64,000 nucleotides of DNA from Amoebidium appalachense (Eukaryota; Protista; Ichthyosporea). Location: the NCBI GenBank assembly GCA_963693365.1, contig CAVNZM010000020.1, positions 40,957 through 104,956 on the forward strand, in the 5' to 3' direction. The notes below the pieces were generated by a model. That model had not been told where the DNA came from. It saw nothing but the letters and a program-made list of their open reading frames with translations, and ran no database searches. The translations under genes and the position numbers were made by a program. Shown here in pieces: positions 13,958 to 28,414 of the stretch; the stretch's first letter is position 1; each line of letters starts with the position of its first letter.

Positions 13958-16900
13958 TTCAGTTGTACTCTGCCTTATCCTAACTAGTCCAACTGTTTAC
14001 ATTGGCGACCGCGGCAGGACACTGTTTTACATTGCCAACTGTTTACATTGGCGACCGCGGCAGGACACTGTTTTACATTGCCAACTGTTTACATTGGCGA
14101 CCACGCAGTTCAAGAATCTCGCATCCTTCGAATCTCACATCTTTCAATCAGTTCAAGAATCTCACATCTTTCAATCAGCTCAAGAATCTCCCATGGCCGA
14201 TCACAATCCTTTTTACCCCGATGATAGGCACATCTTTCCTTGTCCGGCTTAGAATATATACACCTACAAGTTTGAAGTGGCCAGCCCACCTACACGGAAA
14301 GAATTGAAAGCATGTAAAACTTCTTTTGCTACGACACATCAAAAATGTGAAGAAAAACGAATACACAACGAAACAACGAATACACGAACAAACGAATAAA
14401 GAATTGCTAACAAAGCAATGAACCAACGAAAAACGAACCATCACGAATACACAATGAAATAAAGAATTCACGACAAGCGAATGCATAGAGGAAATACAAA
14501 ATGAATGCAACACAAAACAAAACAAAGTAACGAAGTTATCAAACGACAAAAAACGAAAAACGGAAGCAAAATGAAATGGAAATACGAAAATGAAAGAACG
14601 AATGCACAACACTGCTTGGGTTGCAATGCACACAGCCCCCTCTATGTTACGAAGAAAAGAAAACCGTTGCCCTTGCGTGCATTGCGCTATTGCACACTGT
14701 CATCGTGTCCATGCCACCGCATGCACGTCCACACTCGCAAGCCAGATGCACGGCCACTTTCAGCACGAATGCATTTAAAGAAGAAGATAGTCGCTGTTCC
14801 TATAGCATTGAGGACATAAGGTGCTGTGAAAGTAGTTTTGCATGCATGCTTCGAATTTCTTGCTGTTTTCGAATACAGCATGCCCCATAGTTTAGCGCAC
14901 AGGATGCACAACATGCGCATGAATGTATGCTGGCATGCCTAAACACATTACGAACATATGCCTCATGTATGGCGGCCCTTCCTGGTGCCACGCCCTAACG
15001 AATTTGCACTCTTGGTGCACAAAAGGCATGTAATAAATGTCATGCAGAACTTTTGTTCATGCATGTGAAAAACAAAGAAGGTGTTGGGTACGAATTTTAA
15101 GGTGAATGCCCGTCTGTGGCAATACTGTGTAACATACCAATTACACTGTCAAGCCTTGCACTAGCTGCCGGCACACCCCCACCAGAACAAAAGAATGTGG
15201 TATGGGCACCGTTCCCTCACAACCCCAGCATACAGTGTCAGTATTTTGGCTGGAAGCCTTTCAGTTTCGAATTACGAATACCCTCCTTCACTACTGAAGA
15301 AAGTGACGTGGAAGACGAATACGAATACGAATGCAAGGTGTTGTTGACTAACACATCGGACCATCATGTGTACCTAGGCCCTGGTACGGAGGTGACCATG
15401 TTATTCCCTTGCAATATGATGACACTGTAACAATTTAGCACGTGCATACCCCACCAATGGGCACATGCGGGAGACAACCCCACAAGCTGCCTTATTGGGC
15501 ACCTCTGCTAAAACGAATATTCTTCTCACGAAGGAACAGAAGAATGCCACGAACACGAACCACACACTCACCAGGCAGCTACTTACATCTAATGTATGTA
15601 AGAAGTAGGGTGTGTGAACGGGGTAACTTCGTGAACACCAACACGAAAGAAAGCACAGCACAAAGCAGTTCCACGAATACGAATGGTTTTGGTATTCCAC
15701 ACAACGAACAGAACCTACAGTAGGGCCACCTACAAATGAAGCAGAGGATGGGGCACCATCCAGACCTGCACTGGAGGATATGAAAACACGAAGCGCGCTC
15801 ACGAAGTTGCTTACAAAAGAAAGGGCGACTGTGACAACTTTTCTTTTTAGGCCAAGCCTCCAGAAGAATGTATTATGCCTGGAATCCCCCTGCTCAACGA
15901 AAATGGCTGGCAAATGGGATACGAAAACTGCTCACGAATGGAAGCATGTGTTTTCTGAAGGAGGCTTGCTTTGCCTACCCTCTTCTTATGAATTATGAAC
16001 CGGGCTTTTACTGGTTCTGACGGGTGATATATTTCTTTATGTCGCCCAACGAAGAACACTTGGGCATTTTTATTCATGTTTTTCCAGCTCCGATGATGCA
16101 GGGTTAAAGCTGAAAGGAAAGAAGTGCTATTTGTTCATGAAAGAAGTGGCTTTTCTGGCCATGGCGACTCGCCTTACAGTCTTAAGGTAGAACCGGGATA
16201 AGGAGCAGCGGCTAAGCCTTGAAGCTATCCACCACTACCTGAGCTACGAAGTGACCTAAGGCTTGAGTTATATTCATTATCGAATGCTTGGTATGATCAT
16301 TCATCCACACAACCAAATTACTCGCAATTGAAAACGAATCTGCGGGAGTATCCTAAAAAGGAAAAATTCCCAAAAAGGAAAATATTACTTCTACAGAAAA
16401 AGCCAAGCACAGAGACGAAGCGAACAATTCGCACGAACACTCTGCAACAATCTTCGCCACGAAAATGAAAGCACAGAAGAATGCTGCATGAATTTACGTT
16501 TTGGCAAACGAAGAAGTGCTCATAGACGTGCACAACTCTATTCAACCATCCTTGCTCTGTTCTGCCCTGCAGCTCGGCGCACAAGAATTCTCGCTGAAGG
16601 TTGTTTATCGCCTCTCAGCCTGGTGGTTTGCTTGTCTAACGACACCACCAGGCTCCCGACAAGGGGGGGAGTGTAAACAACTGTACACATGAACTGTACA
16701 TGTTTACTAAAGAATGTGATCTACTAGCACACGATTCGTGCTTTGTCATGAATATCACATAAATATTATGTCCGCACCAATAGGACTCACTCTGACCTAA
16801 GAATTGAACCATATACGGTTCTTCAGCTGCATACCACATAAACAAAGTGAACCAATAAGAGGTTTGCATAAATAGGACAAAGGTCTGACTGGCTCGGACC

Positions 16901-17152
16901 GCACCAGAATCACGAATGGCATGTTGCCCCCCGCGCTGGCCGCGGATGAACCAATCCTGGGCCTTGATCCGAAACCTGGGGGCTATATAAGAAAGCCGTC
17001 CCAGTACGGGGATCACATCAGTGAAGTCTTGAGACAGACTGAGTCGGCCCATAGTAAAAGCAACCTGGCCGCGTGTGCCTTTCTACCCGTTCTCTGTCTT
17101 TATTTTGATTCAGTTGTACTCTGCCTTATCCTAACTAGTCCAACTGTTTACA
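13958..17152 (+). mobile_element. Degenerate LTR element: 44-bp remnant of 5' LTR, triplicated LTR/PBS junction, decayed interior, PPT, intact 3' LTR
   Basis: 13958-14001 identical to the LTR end at 17109-17152; PBS TGGCGACC follows; [14 protein letters not shown] at 16661-16671. Confidence 0.85.
16672..17152 (+). repeat. 481-bp LTR
   Basis: TGTAAACA...TGTTTACA inverted termini, PPT directly upstream, TATATAA inside. Confidence 0.88.
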
Positions 17153-20100
17153 ATCACCACGGGGGAAGAGGTGTCACCGTAGTCAACACCGTAGACTTGA
17201 GTGAAGCCCTTTGCAACACCACGAGCTTTGATCTTGGTGTCACCGGCTGAGTTGAGGACCTTCTCAGTCACAATCCACTTGAACTTGATGATGTTGGCAC
17301 CAGGGGGGGGATCAACAATGGTGAAGACATCCTTGGTGATGAAGGCTTGGTACTCGGAGGTGAGGGCAGCTATGACGGCATCACCATTGGGACCGTTGCA
17401 AAGCTTTTGAATGCCCTTGGGGAGCTGGTCAATGTTGATGGTCGGTGCTACGATGCTGACCAGTGCCGTTGGAGTCTTGGTGAGACGTGTAGACCGACGA
17501 AGGTTGGGCTTGGGGGGGTCCTTGAGGGGGGTGGTGGCCGGGGAGGTGGTGGAGGCCGGGATAGGGGCATGGAAGCCAGGAATAGGACCGGTGGTGAGGG
17601 GGGCATCGGTGTCCACAGGGCTGCTCGAGGCCGAGTGGAAGGTGGGGGACCCAGGACGAACCGGAGTCATGTAGCCGGGTTGATGCACAGCAATGGGGGG
17701 GGCCGGCAGCAAGGGTTGTTGGCCAGTGGGGGGGGGGGCTCGGGGGAGGCACGGGTTCAACCGGGGCCGGTTGGTTGTGCCAGGACGGTTGGGAGATGAC
17801 CACAGACGAAGTTTCATCGTCGTCGTCGGAGGGGGGGTCCAATGTCGGCAGATCGGGTTTGGGGGGAACGGAGACCTGATTGGTGCTGCTCGTGAAGTTC
17901 GACTCGTCGAAGATCACATCACGGCAGATCTTGATTTGGTTGCTGGCATGGTCGAGGATCTTGTGTGCCTTGGAGGGTAGGTCCCAGCCGACGTAGGTGC
18001 CGACTCTGACGGTTGATGCCAGCTTGTTCCTCTTTGACCGGGGAACATGCACATAGGCAGGGGAGCCGAACACGTGGAGCTGGGAGACGTCGGGTTTGAA
18101 GCCGTGGAAGGCCTCGAAGGGAGTGTTGCCGTTGGCAGCAGATGACGGTGTGACGTTGATGATGTAGCTTGTATGCTTGAGAGCAGCAACCCACAACTTG
18201 TGAGAGAGAGGTTGGTCCTTGTCGGCATGGAGGAAGCAACGGACTGTCTCTTGCAGTTCTCTCATCTTCCGTTCAACAACACCGTTGTGTTGTGGTGTGT
18301 CGACGGGGGCAAACTCCATGATGATGCCTTTCTGCTTGCAGTAGGCCTCGGTGTCCTTGGAGGTGAACTCAGAGCCGGAGTCAAACCGAAGGTGGGTGAC
18401 GATCTCAGGTGTCTGACGTTCAATGGTTTCAACGAGAGACTGAATGTGGCTGAGTGTTTCACCACGGTTGTAGAGGGGGAACACGGTGGTGTAACCGGTG
18501 GCATCACAAACACACACCAGAGCAACTTTGTAGCCTCCGTAGGAAGCACAGGGAGTTTCGAAGAAGTCCAGGTGCCACTTAGCACCGGGAATGGTGAACT
18601 TGGAACGGGTGCCGGGAAAGGGGGCCTTGGTGGTCTTGCCAGACATGCAGCCGAAGCAGTCACTGTTGTCGGGTGACTTGAGGGAGGGGGGCATGCCGAT
18701 GACAAGCTCATCCTTGGCCATCCTGGTGACGGTGGAGAGGGCACGGTGGCCGAGACGGTTGTGCCAAAGGGTGAGGTCGTCGGGTGGTTGAGTCCTTGCT
18801 GTGTAGGCTTGGACCCCCGGGTGTTTAGGAGTCTCAATCACATAGTCAGTGATGTAGTAGAGACCGTCGAGGGGGGTGAGATCTGTAATGATGTCACCAT
18901 TACGGCTGTAGAGGAACGACGGGTGGTTGTCTGTATCGTCACAATGACCTAGGAGGCCGGCAGCTGATGCCATGGAGGTAGACACGAGGAAAGACGGTGC
19001 CTCGGGTACGTAGTAAGCATTGATGCTGCACGGTGTTGGGTGGCCGTTGTAGTGCAGTGTCATGTTGATGATGCCACGTTGTTTGGCATTGACTGTGCCG
19101 AGGCCGTGAATGGGGGTGGGAGGACACGGGGTAAGGGAGGAGAAATACTCCTTGATGGGGCAGATGTGTGCATTACAAGCACTGTCCCAGACGGGGTCGT
19201 TACTGTCAGGTGTGCCGGTGGAGGAGATGAGTGCAAATTTCACACTCTTGTCACCTTTCTCCTGCTTGGCACGACGAGCAACTGTACAGCCAGGCTCCGG
19301 GCATGCTGTGATGTGGTGGGGCTCATGAGAGTAGGAACACTTCACACTATTGGTGTTGTGCTGTCGGTTACGGTTGTCCCTGTTACCACGGTGGTAAGGG
19401 GAAGTTGAACGGGGGCCGGGTGACTTGGAGGAAGGACGAGGATCACGGGAACGGGACGGGGAACGGTGAGGTGTATGCTCACGTCGAGGAATACGGTTAC
19501 GGAGGTCACCGGGGGGAAGCACTCTGCTCTGGAGTGCACGGAGGGGACGGTTGTTGACGGTTGCACCAGTGCCTGCGTCGATGAGGCCGTCACGGATTTC
19601 AGCTCCTCGGATGTCACTGATGAGCATGTTGAAGGACGGGTAGGCCTTGTTGTTCATCCAGTAGTCGGAGCAGAGACGTTCAATGTCGGAGCAGACCAGG
19701 GCCGTGTTCTTCCTGATGTGGAGGAAGAACTTACGTACGACATCCTTGTGCTGGACGGGCTGGTCGAGGCAGGCAAGTGTCGTAGCCAGACGTTGGAGAC
19801 GGGTGAGGTATGCTGTTACGTTGGGGTAGTCTCGTAGTTCAAGCTCCTCGAAGGTGACTTGGATCTGGGTGACTCGGGCCTCCTTCTCTGCTACATACGC
19901 CATACGTAGGTTGTGGAAGACTTCACCACCGTGGACACCGTCTTGCATCCGGCCGGAGTCGTAGAGCTCGGTCGGGTGGACGGACTGGTTGAGGATCTGG
20001 TCGAGGACGTCGGAAGCTTTCTTGTAGGAGTCTTTGGTGGTGTAGCCTAGCAACTGGTTGGCTTCAGCGCCGTCAACCCACTGTGGCCTCTTGATAGCGT

Positions 20101-20433
20101 CAACGAATTTCTCGGCAATGGTTGTTCTAATGAACCGGTGAATGAGTGGCTCCCACTCGAAATAATTAAGACGTTTCTCGTCTCGTTTCTCGGACGGATT
20201 CCATATTGGAAGGTTGATATACGACGGTTTGTCAGTCATGATTGAAGCAGTTAGACTGAGAGATTTTCGCGGTTGTAGCGAGATTGTGTGTTAGCGTGCA
20301 AAGGGGCCGTAAACCTGTTATTTTGTGTGGGTAAACGGAGAAGCAGAGAGCACAGATGGGTGTTATGTAAAACACAACACAAAGACACACGGGAAAAACA
20401 CAACCGGAGAGGAGGAACGATTTCTGGAACCAT
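17153..20433 (-). mobile_element. Ty1/copia element family A (gag, protease, integrase, start of RT), 3'-truncated by the LTR at 17152
   Basis: ORF 17429-20239: WDSACNAH protease, LWHNRLGH..CFGC, HLDF/RFDSGSEF/NGVVERK integrase. After a frameshift near 17700-17800: KWIV..KARGVAKGFTQVYGVDY RT motif. Confidence 0.93.
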
Positions 20434-21023
20434 AGGAAGTGAATACGACTGCTTATGATTTATTTCAAGATGAGGTCCCTTTTATACTTGGGAATGTGAA
20501 ACGATAAACCAATCAAAAGGACGAAAACTATGAGTGTAAAATATATCGAATAAAATGTCTGTCGACATTTAGAATATAAAACTCAATCCTCTAATGAAAG
20601 AAACTTCTAATAAAAGCACGGAAACATTTAATAAAATGAAACCACTTATGTAACTATTAATTCATAACATATATTTATACATGTTCTTATCATAACACGT
20701 CTAAATATAATTATTCCTAATAGTCGAAGAACATAGCACAATGCTACGTCGTGGGAAAGGAATGAGAAAGGAATGTAAGTTACTATGTTTGGGAAAATAC
20801 AAACGAGATATGATTGGATGACATATATAGATTTTGACGCAAACGACAATACGTGTGCGCGAGCTAAGTATGTCGATACGTACACAGATCTAAGATGTCG
20901 TGTACACGGAAACGGAAAAGAAAGAAAGAAATGAAGAAAGGAAAAGGAAACAAACTACAACAACTAATAAATAAATACCAAACTCAACTTCTAAGTCTTG
21001 CTGAGAATTAAGTGAAGATGACA

Positions 21024-21118
21024 ATCGTTCCGTGTTTTGTTGTTGTTTGTGTCTGTGGTGTTTTCACACTGCACCACTGTGTCTCTGCTTACATCCCAAA
21101 TACTTATATAATTTAACA
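21024..21118 (+). repeat. Inverted 95-bp copy of the family-B LTR end, fused into family-B gag
   Basis: Near-exact reverse complement of 21565-21660. Confidence 0.85.
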
Positions 21119-22489
21119 ATCGGGTTTGCCTTGGAGGTAGTGTTGACGGAATTTCCACATGGCCCGTTCAGGGTCCATGCCAATACGGTACTGGGCAACG
21201 GTGGTGAGCACGGAAGGGTCGATGTTCTGAATCATATGGAGCAGGAGGCAATTGCGGGCCTCCTTGAGCTCCGTGGTAGTGCCGTAGCCGTAGAAGGGGG
21301 GTTCACCGTCAACCGCGACGGTGGTAGGGGGGACGTAGTTGTCAGCAAGTACAACATCCACGAGTCGGACACCTTTAGTGCCGGTCATCATGCCGAGAAA
21401 AATGATTTCCCATTGAAAATAGGTGGTTTTGCTATCGGGACCAGTCTTCCCTTCACCTTTCCACATGGTTATTTTGTTTACACCAGTTTTGTTTGGATCC
21501 ATGATTGAAAAACGATCGCTAGTTCTAGATGTGTGTAAGGAGCGTGCAAAAAGGCTGTATAACCTGTTAGATTGTATAAGTATTTGGGATGAAAGCAGAG
21601 ACACAGTGGTGCAGTGTGAAAACACCACAGACACACACAACAACAAAACACGGAACGATCGGAGCAGTGTACACAACAGACATCAATGTTTAGACACGAC
21701 TGAACTGAATTTATTCTGATCTTCGAATAAATACCTGAAATTCCTCTAAGTCCAATCCATACATGATTTCCGACCAGTCGGAAATCAGATCTATCTCTAA
21801 TAGAAACCAATCACTAAGAACCAATTGCTTTCAGAGAGATCCGGTACGCGGAGACGTACACGATAGGACACAGACACTAGTTAAGGTCAACTCGTGTCAT
21901 CATCAAGGAAGTTCTAACCTATGAAATACTGCAAAGACTCAGACATATCACACTTAACCTAGATGATTGGTTAAAGCCCGGCAACACATGAAAACTAAAG
22001 TAAATTAATGAAGTCTAAACACACATGCTATTCTAAGTGTAGCCTAAGTGTGTTACCGTCCAATGAACACGTATTAAGTAACACAAATCTACCTAACATA
22101 TATTAGTAGAAAAGAAATACGATTATACACATGAAGACAAGGAGAGAAAGAAAAGAAAATAAGGAAGGAGAAAGAGGAAGGAAAATAGAGCACAGATCAA
22201 CAAACAAGATAGTAATAGCATAACTATAACTAGAGATATTTATGTACACACGAACATGTACACGTCTCTCCCTGAGTGGGTGGATCCGTGTACACACATA
22301 TAAATATTCTAATCGATATTACAACACACGATTAAAGCCGATACAACACGATTACAAGTATACAGGCATATTGGAGATCGATGCTACACTTTACATAATA
22401 GGAGTGTGGCATTTACACTAAGCATATGAACTGAAACATAACACAAACTGAGAAGATCTTACCATATGTAAATACTACGTATTACAACA
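21119..22489 (-). mobile_element. Copia-like family B: 925-bp LTR (21565-22489), PBS and truncated gag
   Basis: LTR TGTT..CAACA nearly identical to 61734-62657; GGTTAT-type PBS adjacent on the minus strand; gag-like MDPNKTG..YFQWEIIF..AMWKFRQHY. Confidence 0.8.
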
Positions 22490-22821
22490 AAGGGCCCAGG
22501 AGGCTTCAAGTTGTGATGCGCACTGGCTGCATGAAATTCGTAAAAGGGTCAATGTATTTTGATCAAATTTTAGCCTAAGAGGTGGACCCAGCAGCAGTTG
22601 CAATGTGCGGATGCAAGCGGATCTCAGGCTGAGTGAGTGTCTCTGGTCTGCAGCCGTGGCCATATTAGGCGTCAATAAGTTTGTGCTTTGCTGCTGCGAA
22701 ACAGTGTCTCCTCCATGGTCAACCCCTCCCCCTTCCGTCCCCCCCCCCCCCCCCCCCCCCCTCCCCTGCCTTAAATTTCCTGCCCTCGCGCGCGGGGCGA
22801 GCGCGCGCACACACATACATA

Positions 22822-22853
<32 letters not shown>

Positions 22854-22863
22854 ATACACATGT

Positions 22864-22920
<57 letters not shown>

Positions 22921-23253
22921 CACAGACACATGCATGTACACACACAGTGTCCCACACACACACGAGACCACACCCAGAAATTATATACGATAGTAAACAT
23001 ACCAACAATCGAAAAAATATTAATAATATTAAAAAAGCAGGTGAAAAAGCGGAGCTTGAGGTGACAAATGATCACACCGTATGACTATGAAGGAGCCTCG
23101 GGAAGTACAATGGAAATCCAGCTGCAGGGCCATCGGTGACTCACTGGAGGGAGGCCTACAAATAGGGGCGGGAGGGAGGGTGGCGGCGGGTTATTAGGAC
23201 AGATTGACGGATCCTGGGGGCTGAGGGGAGGGCCAGGAGGGGGGAAGGGGGAA

Positions 23254-23294
<41 letters not shown>

Positions 23295-23469
23295 AGGGGG
23301 AGGGAAGATGGGAAAAAAGAAAGCGTGGAGAGGAGTACGGGGAGGAGGGGGAGGAGGGGGGGGGGGGGGGGGGGGGGGGAGGTTGCCTTGATATTTGCTC
23401 GAGAGAGAGGACTCTGGCGGAGACAAGCTTGGTCAGATCTAGAATGCAAACCTGTGGAATGCGGTAGCA

Positions 23470-23597
23470 ATTGGTTGAGACACATTTTATTGGCTAATAG
23501 TTTTTCCCATTCATTTGTAAAGCAGCGCTAATTGGTCAGTCGCGCACCACCCCATGCATGATCGAATTTGCCCAAGATCGTGACCGCGTTTGATTGG
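23470..23597. promoter_or_regulatory. Cluster of four ATTGG (CCAAT) boxes, candidate promoter
   Basis: ATTGG at 23470, 23489, 23531, 23593, upstream of ORF 24346. Confidence 0.35.
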
Positions 23598-24345
23598 CTG
23601 GCGGATGCGTAGACAGCTATCACTTTCAGCTAAGAAATAACGGATATTAGGTTCGCCGCATTCAGATTGTTTGAATCAGAAGAAATTCAACATTTTGCTT
23701 GCCACCCCCCAACAACGCACAGCTCCAAAATTTCAAAAGTTGCTGATAACCTCAGTTACAAAGACTCCGGCGGAAGTTTATATGTCACCTATTCAATAAT
23801 AAATATATACAGTTTTTATTCTGGTAACACAAAAGAAAATGTTGTTTATGCGCACATTTGACCTGTATGCTCAGGGACCACCAGGGCCTTTTGTCTTTGC
23901 TATTTGCAGATTCAACAATTTTTGGAATTTCCGAACTCTTATTTCATTATTTTTGTTGGCAGTGTTACGTTATCCTCTTTTGCCGTTCGACACATCAAGA
24001 CGTCAGCAGACTCGGCACAACTTAAGAAACTTTTTGCACTAACTTATTTCCCATGTTTTTAGTGATGATTGAGATGACCAAGTAGAGGTAGGGTATTAAT
24101 CGCATATAGAAAGTAGGGTGGGGATGAGCATAGAAGAAAATTGTTACGCTACGAAGAGCAAAAATTCACATTTCTAACGTGGACAGAAAGTAATCTCAAG
24201 CTTTTTCTTTTGCAAGTTCTGTCAGCATCAGCCAGCTTCCGAAATTAAATGTTCCATTCTATTCATGCACTGAGCAATATTTAAGGAAGTAAGGGTGGTG
24301 TTAGTATAAGCGCTTAAATTACAGAAACATACGGAAAACTTGAGA

Positions 24346-25053
24346 ATGGCAGAGTCGCGACTTTCAGACTTCTTCTCACCTCTTTCGCCCAAATTTGCAC
24401 GCAAAGCAAAAGGGAAGGAGTACAAGGATTCTCCACCAGGAAGCCCAAAATCTAAACGCACACACGCTATGAGTGTCGTTATGGGTTCTCCTGAGCTTCG
24501 TAAGGCCGTAAGCAGTGAAAAATCCGGAAAGGATGGTCTCCAACGCACGCGTTTTTCCTTGTCCTTTGACTCCCTCCATTTCGGTGGTGGCAAGGAGTCC
24601 GGATCAGCCCCTGGGTCACCATCCACCGCCGGATCGGGTGATGAGGGGTTGAAAAAGGGGATTTTCAATAACAAGAAAAGACAGTCGAAGAAACTTCAAA
24701 AGGAGCTTTTGCAAGCCGAGGAAGAGCTAATGCAGGCATACGAGAGCAGAGCTAACGAAGAGTTGCTAGCCGAGCAACTTCTTCAGAAAAACCACCAGAT
24801 TATGAAACTGAAAGATGCCGTGGCGAGGGAACAGCGGGCGACGAAGGACATGGAAGAGAAATTGAAAGCTACCCAGGAAGCTCTAGTCGCCGCAGAGAAA
24901 AAACTGCAGGCTGCAAACGCAAAACTGAGGGAAGGGGAGGAAAGGATGGCAAGGTTGGAAAAGGACCTCGAGGTGGAGAAGGCTAACAACGCAAAGGTTT
25001 ATGCGTGGTGCATCGACTTGAATGAGGAGAATGCCCGGTTAAAGGAGGCGTAA
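24346..25053 (+). CDS. Intronless protein (~235 aa): Ser/Pro-rich N-terminus, coiled-coil C-terminus
   Basis: Clean non-repetitive ORF with ATG at 24346 and E/K/L/A heptad pattern. Confidence 0.7.
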   Translation: MAESRLSDFFSPLSPKFARKAKGKEYKDSPPGSPKSKRTHAMSVVMGSPELRKAVSSEKSGKDGLQRTRFSLSFDSLHFGGGKESGSAPGSPSTAGSGDEGLKKGIFNNKKRQSKKLQKELLQAEEELMQAYESRANEELLAEQLLQKNHQIMKLKDAVAREQRATKDMEEKLKATQEALVAAEKKLQAANAKLREGEERMARLEKDLEVEKANNAKVYAWCIDLNEENARLKEA

Positions 25054-25341
25054 CAAAGAGGCCGGCGCCGTGTATTCTCATCTTTAACGGTGTCTTGCAC
25101 TCAGACGGATGTGACATCTGAACAGACAGCAGGGATGGCATTGCTAAGGAGTTAAAACCAGGGCTCGGCATTTGGTCGTTCGATTGCTGCTGCCCGTGTG
25201 TGTCTCTTCCCGAACCCTCGACGTGCAAACAACGAATTTCTGTGTACATCCTGTGAAATGATGTTGGATAGTGGACGTGTCTGTGTAGTGGGTGTACATA
25301 CATGCGTGTAAGGGAAGGGGAAGGTCGGGCTTTTTTTTTTT

Positions 25342-25382
<41 letters not shown>

Positions 25383-26092
25383 TGATACTCTTGTATGTAT
25401 TTATGTGGGTTCCCGGTGCTGGATCCGGAATGGTATCCTCGGTTAGTCTTTGAAGTTACGTGAAGGTGTGCTGATACTCAAGTCGAATGTGCTGTTACGT
25501 TATAATGTGGCTCTGATTAACAAAACTCACAACGCTAAGTGTGAGCTTTCAAGCCAGGAGGTAGAATCTACTATTAGTTCTACTGGGCTACTATTTTATC
25601 CACGGGGAGGAGGGGGGGGGGGGGGGGGGGGGGGGGGAAGGGGGGGGGGGGGGGGAGGGGGGGCATACGCTATGACTTGGCTCTAGATACGCGTGCGAAA
25701 CGGTTTTGAGCAGCGGTGTGAAGTGTAACGTTTGGATATAGCAATATCACAGGAATAATATCCCTTAACACTCCACAGGAATGAAGTGCCATTAAAATCA
25801 ATAGAAGTGTGTGGATTGTCATGATGACCTTTGGTTTAGAATATTGTGCATAGGACTTAAGAAATGCACTTTAGCTATACCTTAAAAATCTTCACGAAGG
25901 GGACATGTTGCATGCGGGCGTGCAGCAAATCTTATGTACTGTGTGTGTGTGCTGGACACAGACCCTCACCGTTTTATAAAGTTATCTGACACCAGTAGCG
26001 AGACTTCGATTCGTGTCAAGAAACTTGCATATTTTCATGCTGGCATCCATGGCACAGCTGTGCACTGAAGTTCCCATGCAATCACACGGCTT

Positions 26093-26132
<40 letters not shown>

Positions 26133-27269
26133 ACCCCCACCACCACCACCACCACACACACACACACACACAGACACACACACACCCCTCCCCTTTCCCC
26201 TTCCCCCCGACCGAAACGCAGATTAATGTGGGAAATCGGAACCCACCTATTGGTGGCTCTGTTCGAGTGTCTTCTGCATGCAATTTCCCCTATTATTATC
26301 GGGTTGTTTCTCTTTAAAATCCAGTGTTTTGGTGGTCTTTTGTGTTTTTCCTGATCATGAGATTCAACCCCTCATGGCATACATGCCTCCCTCCCCCCTC
26401 CCTGCACCCCCCCCCCCCCCCCCCCCGCCCCCCGGCCCCTCCTCCTCCCCCCCCCCCCCCCCCCCCCCCGTTGATACCCTTTTACTCTTCGGGGCACATG
26501 GAGAAGAGCTAAAGTATGACATGCAGACATGACACGAGAACACAGCCACACGTGTGCACAGAATGCATACATAGACCTCATTCTTATTTAACGACCCCAG
26601 TCATCCACGGGCATAGGAGGAAGGAGGACGACGCGGGGGGGGGGGGGAGGGGGGGGAGGGGGGGGGGGGGGAGGGGGGGGGGGGGTTGTCACAGTACGGG
26701 ATATTTCCTAGTATTCCGTATAGTGTTAGTGTGGGTACATATATATGGCCCATTTAGAATTTCCATAATAAATTCTTTATTGGCCGCAACTAGTGTATCA
26801 TTATGTTTTATGTCTGCTTCAAGCAGTGATTTGTACTGTAACATTCGAGATATGATCTATAAAGGGCGCGTGCGTATGGCGTCATAGGTTTCAAATGTTT
26901 TGACATTGGTGGTGAAGGCCGGTGTACGTGTGTGTGTGCGTGGGGGGGGGTGTGAGTGGGTGGGTGGGTGTACATGTGTGCGTGCGTGCGTGCGTGCGTG
27001 CATGCGTGCGTGCGTGTGTGCGTGTGTGTGTGTGTGTGTTGTGTATGTGTGTGCGCGCGCGCGCACGCGCTTGTTTGTTTGTTTGTTTGTTTGTATGTGT
27101 GTGTGGGTGTGTGGGTGTGGGTGGGTGTGTGTTGTGTATGTGTGTGCGCGCGCGCGCACGCGCTTGTTTGTTTGTTTGTTTGTTTGTATGTGTGTGTGGG
27201 TGTGTGGGTGTGGGTGGGTGTGGGTGTGTGTGTGTGTTGTGTGCGTGTGTGCGTGCGTTCGCACACGCT

Positions 27270-27412
<143 letters not shown>

Positions 27413-27710
27413 TTGGGGAGCAAGGTGTGTGTTTTCGTGTGTGTATCGGCTCATCTCTATGTACAACATCTCTACTCAACTACTCTCATGCCTTTTCTCC
27501 TACATACATATGACTTAATCAACGTTAAACAAAACACCAAGGGGGCTGCCATTCGTACTTATAGACCATTAACACATTGACAAACCTACTTCATCTGTCT
27601 AATAGTGAAACAAAACCGACAACACAGACGCGATAGAAGGAACTCAGACCAAGTATCTTCAACCATGTAAATGCTCTAACTTAGCAAAAAACCTACAAGG
27701 AATCCGAACA

Positions 27711-27749
<39 letters not shown>

Positions 27750-28116
27750 GAGGGGGAGGAGGCCGAGGAGGGCAGGGGGAGAGGGGGGGGAGGACCTATA
27801 GGTGCAGGTCATTCATTGATTTCGTGGTCGGAATTCGTGGTCGGGCTTTTTCAGTTGATGGACCCCAATCGGCAATATCCCCTTCATCCCGTGAACGACG
27901 GTGGTGGGTTGTGCACGTGTGTGTGTATGTGTGTGTGTGGGTGGGTGGGTGGGTGGGTGGGTGGGTGGGTGGGTGGCGCATGTGTATGTGTGTGTGTGTG
28001 TGTGTTTGCGTGTGCGTGTGTGTGCGCGCGCGTGTTGCTTGTGGGACTGTGTACCTGGAAGTGTGTGGTTTGTATACGTGTGTGTGTGTGTGTGTGTTGA
28101 AGTCAATGGTTGAATT

Positions 28117-28149
<33 letters not shown>

Positions 28150-28293
28150 ACGTAAAAATATGCATGCAGGCCTACTCTTTTAGTCACACAACCGTCTAAT
28201 CGATTATTGGCTGGTGCACACACACACATATACACACAGACACAGACACAGACACACACACACACACACACGCACGCACACGCACACACACAC

Positions 28294-28414
<121 letters not shown>

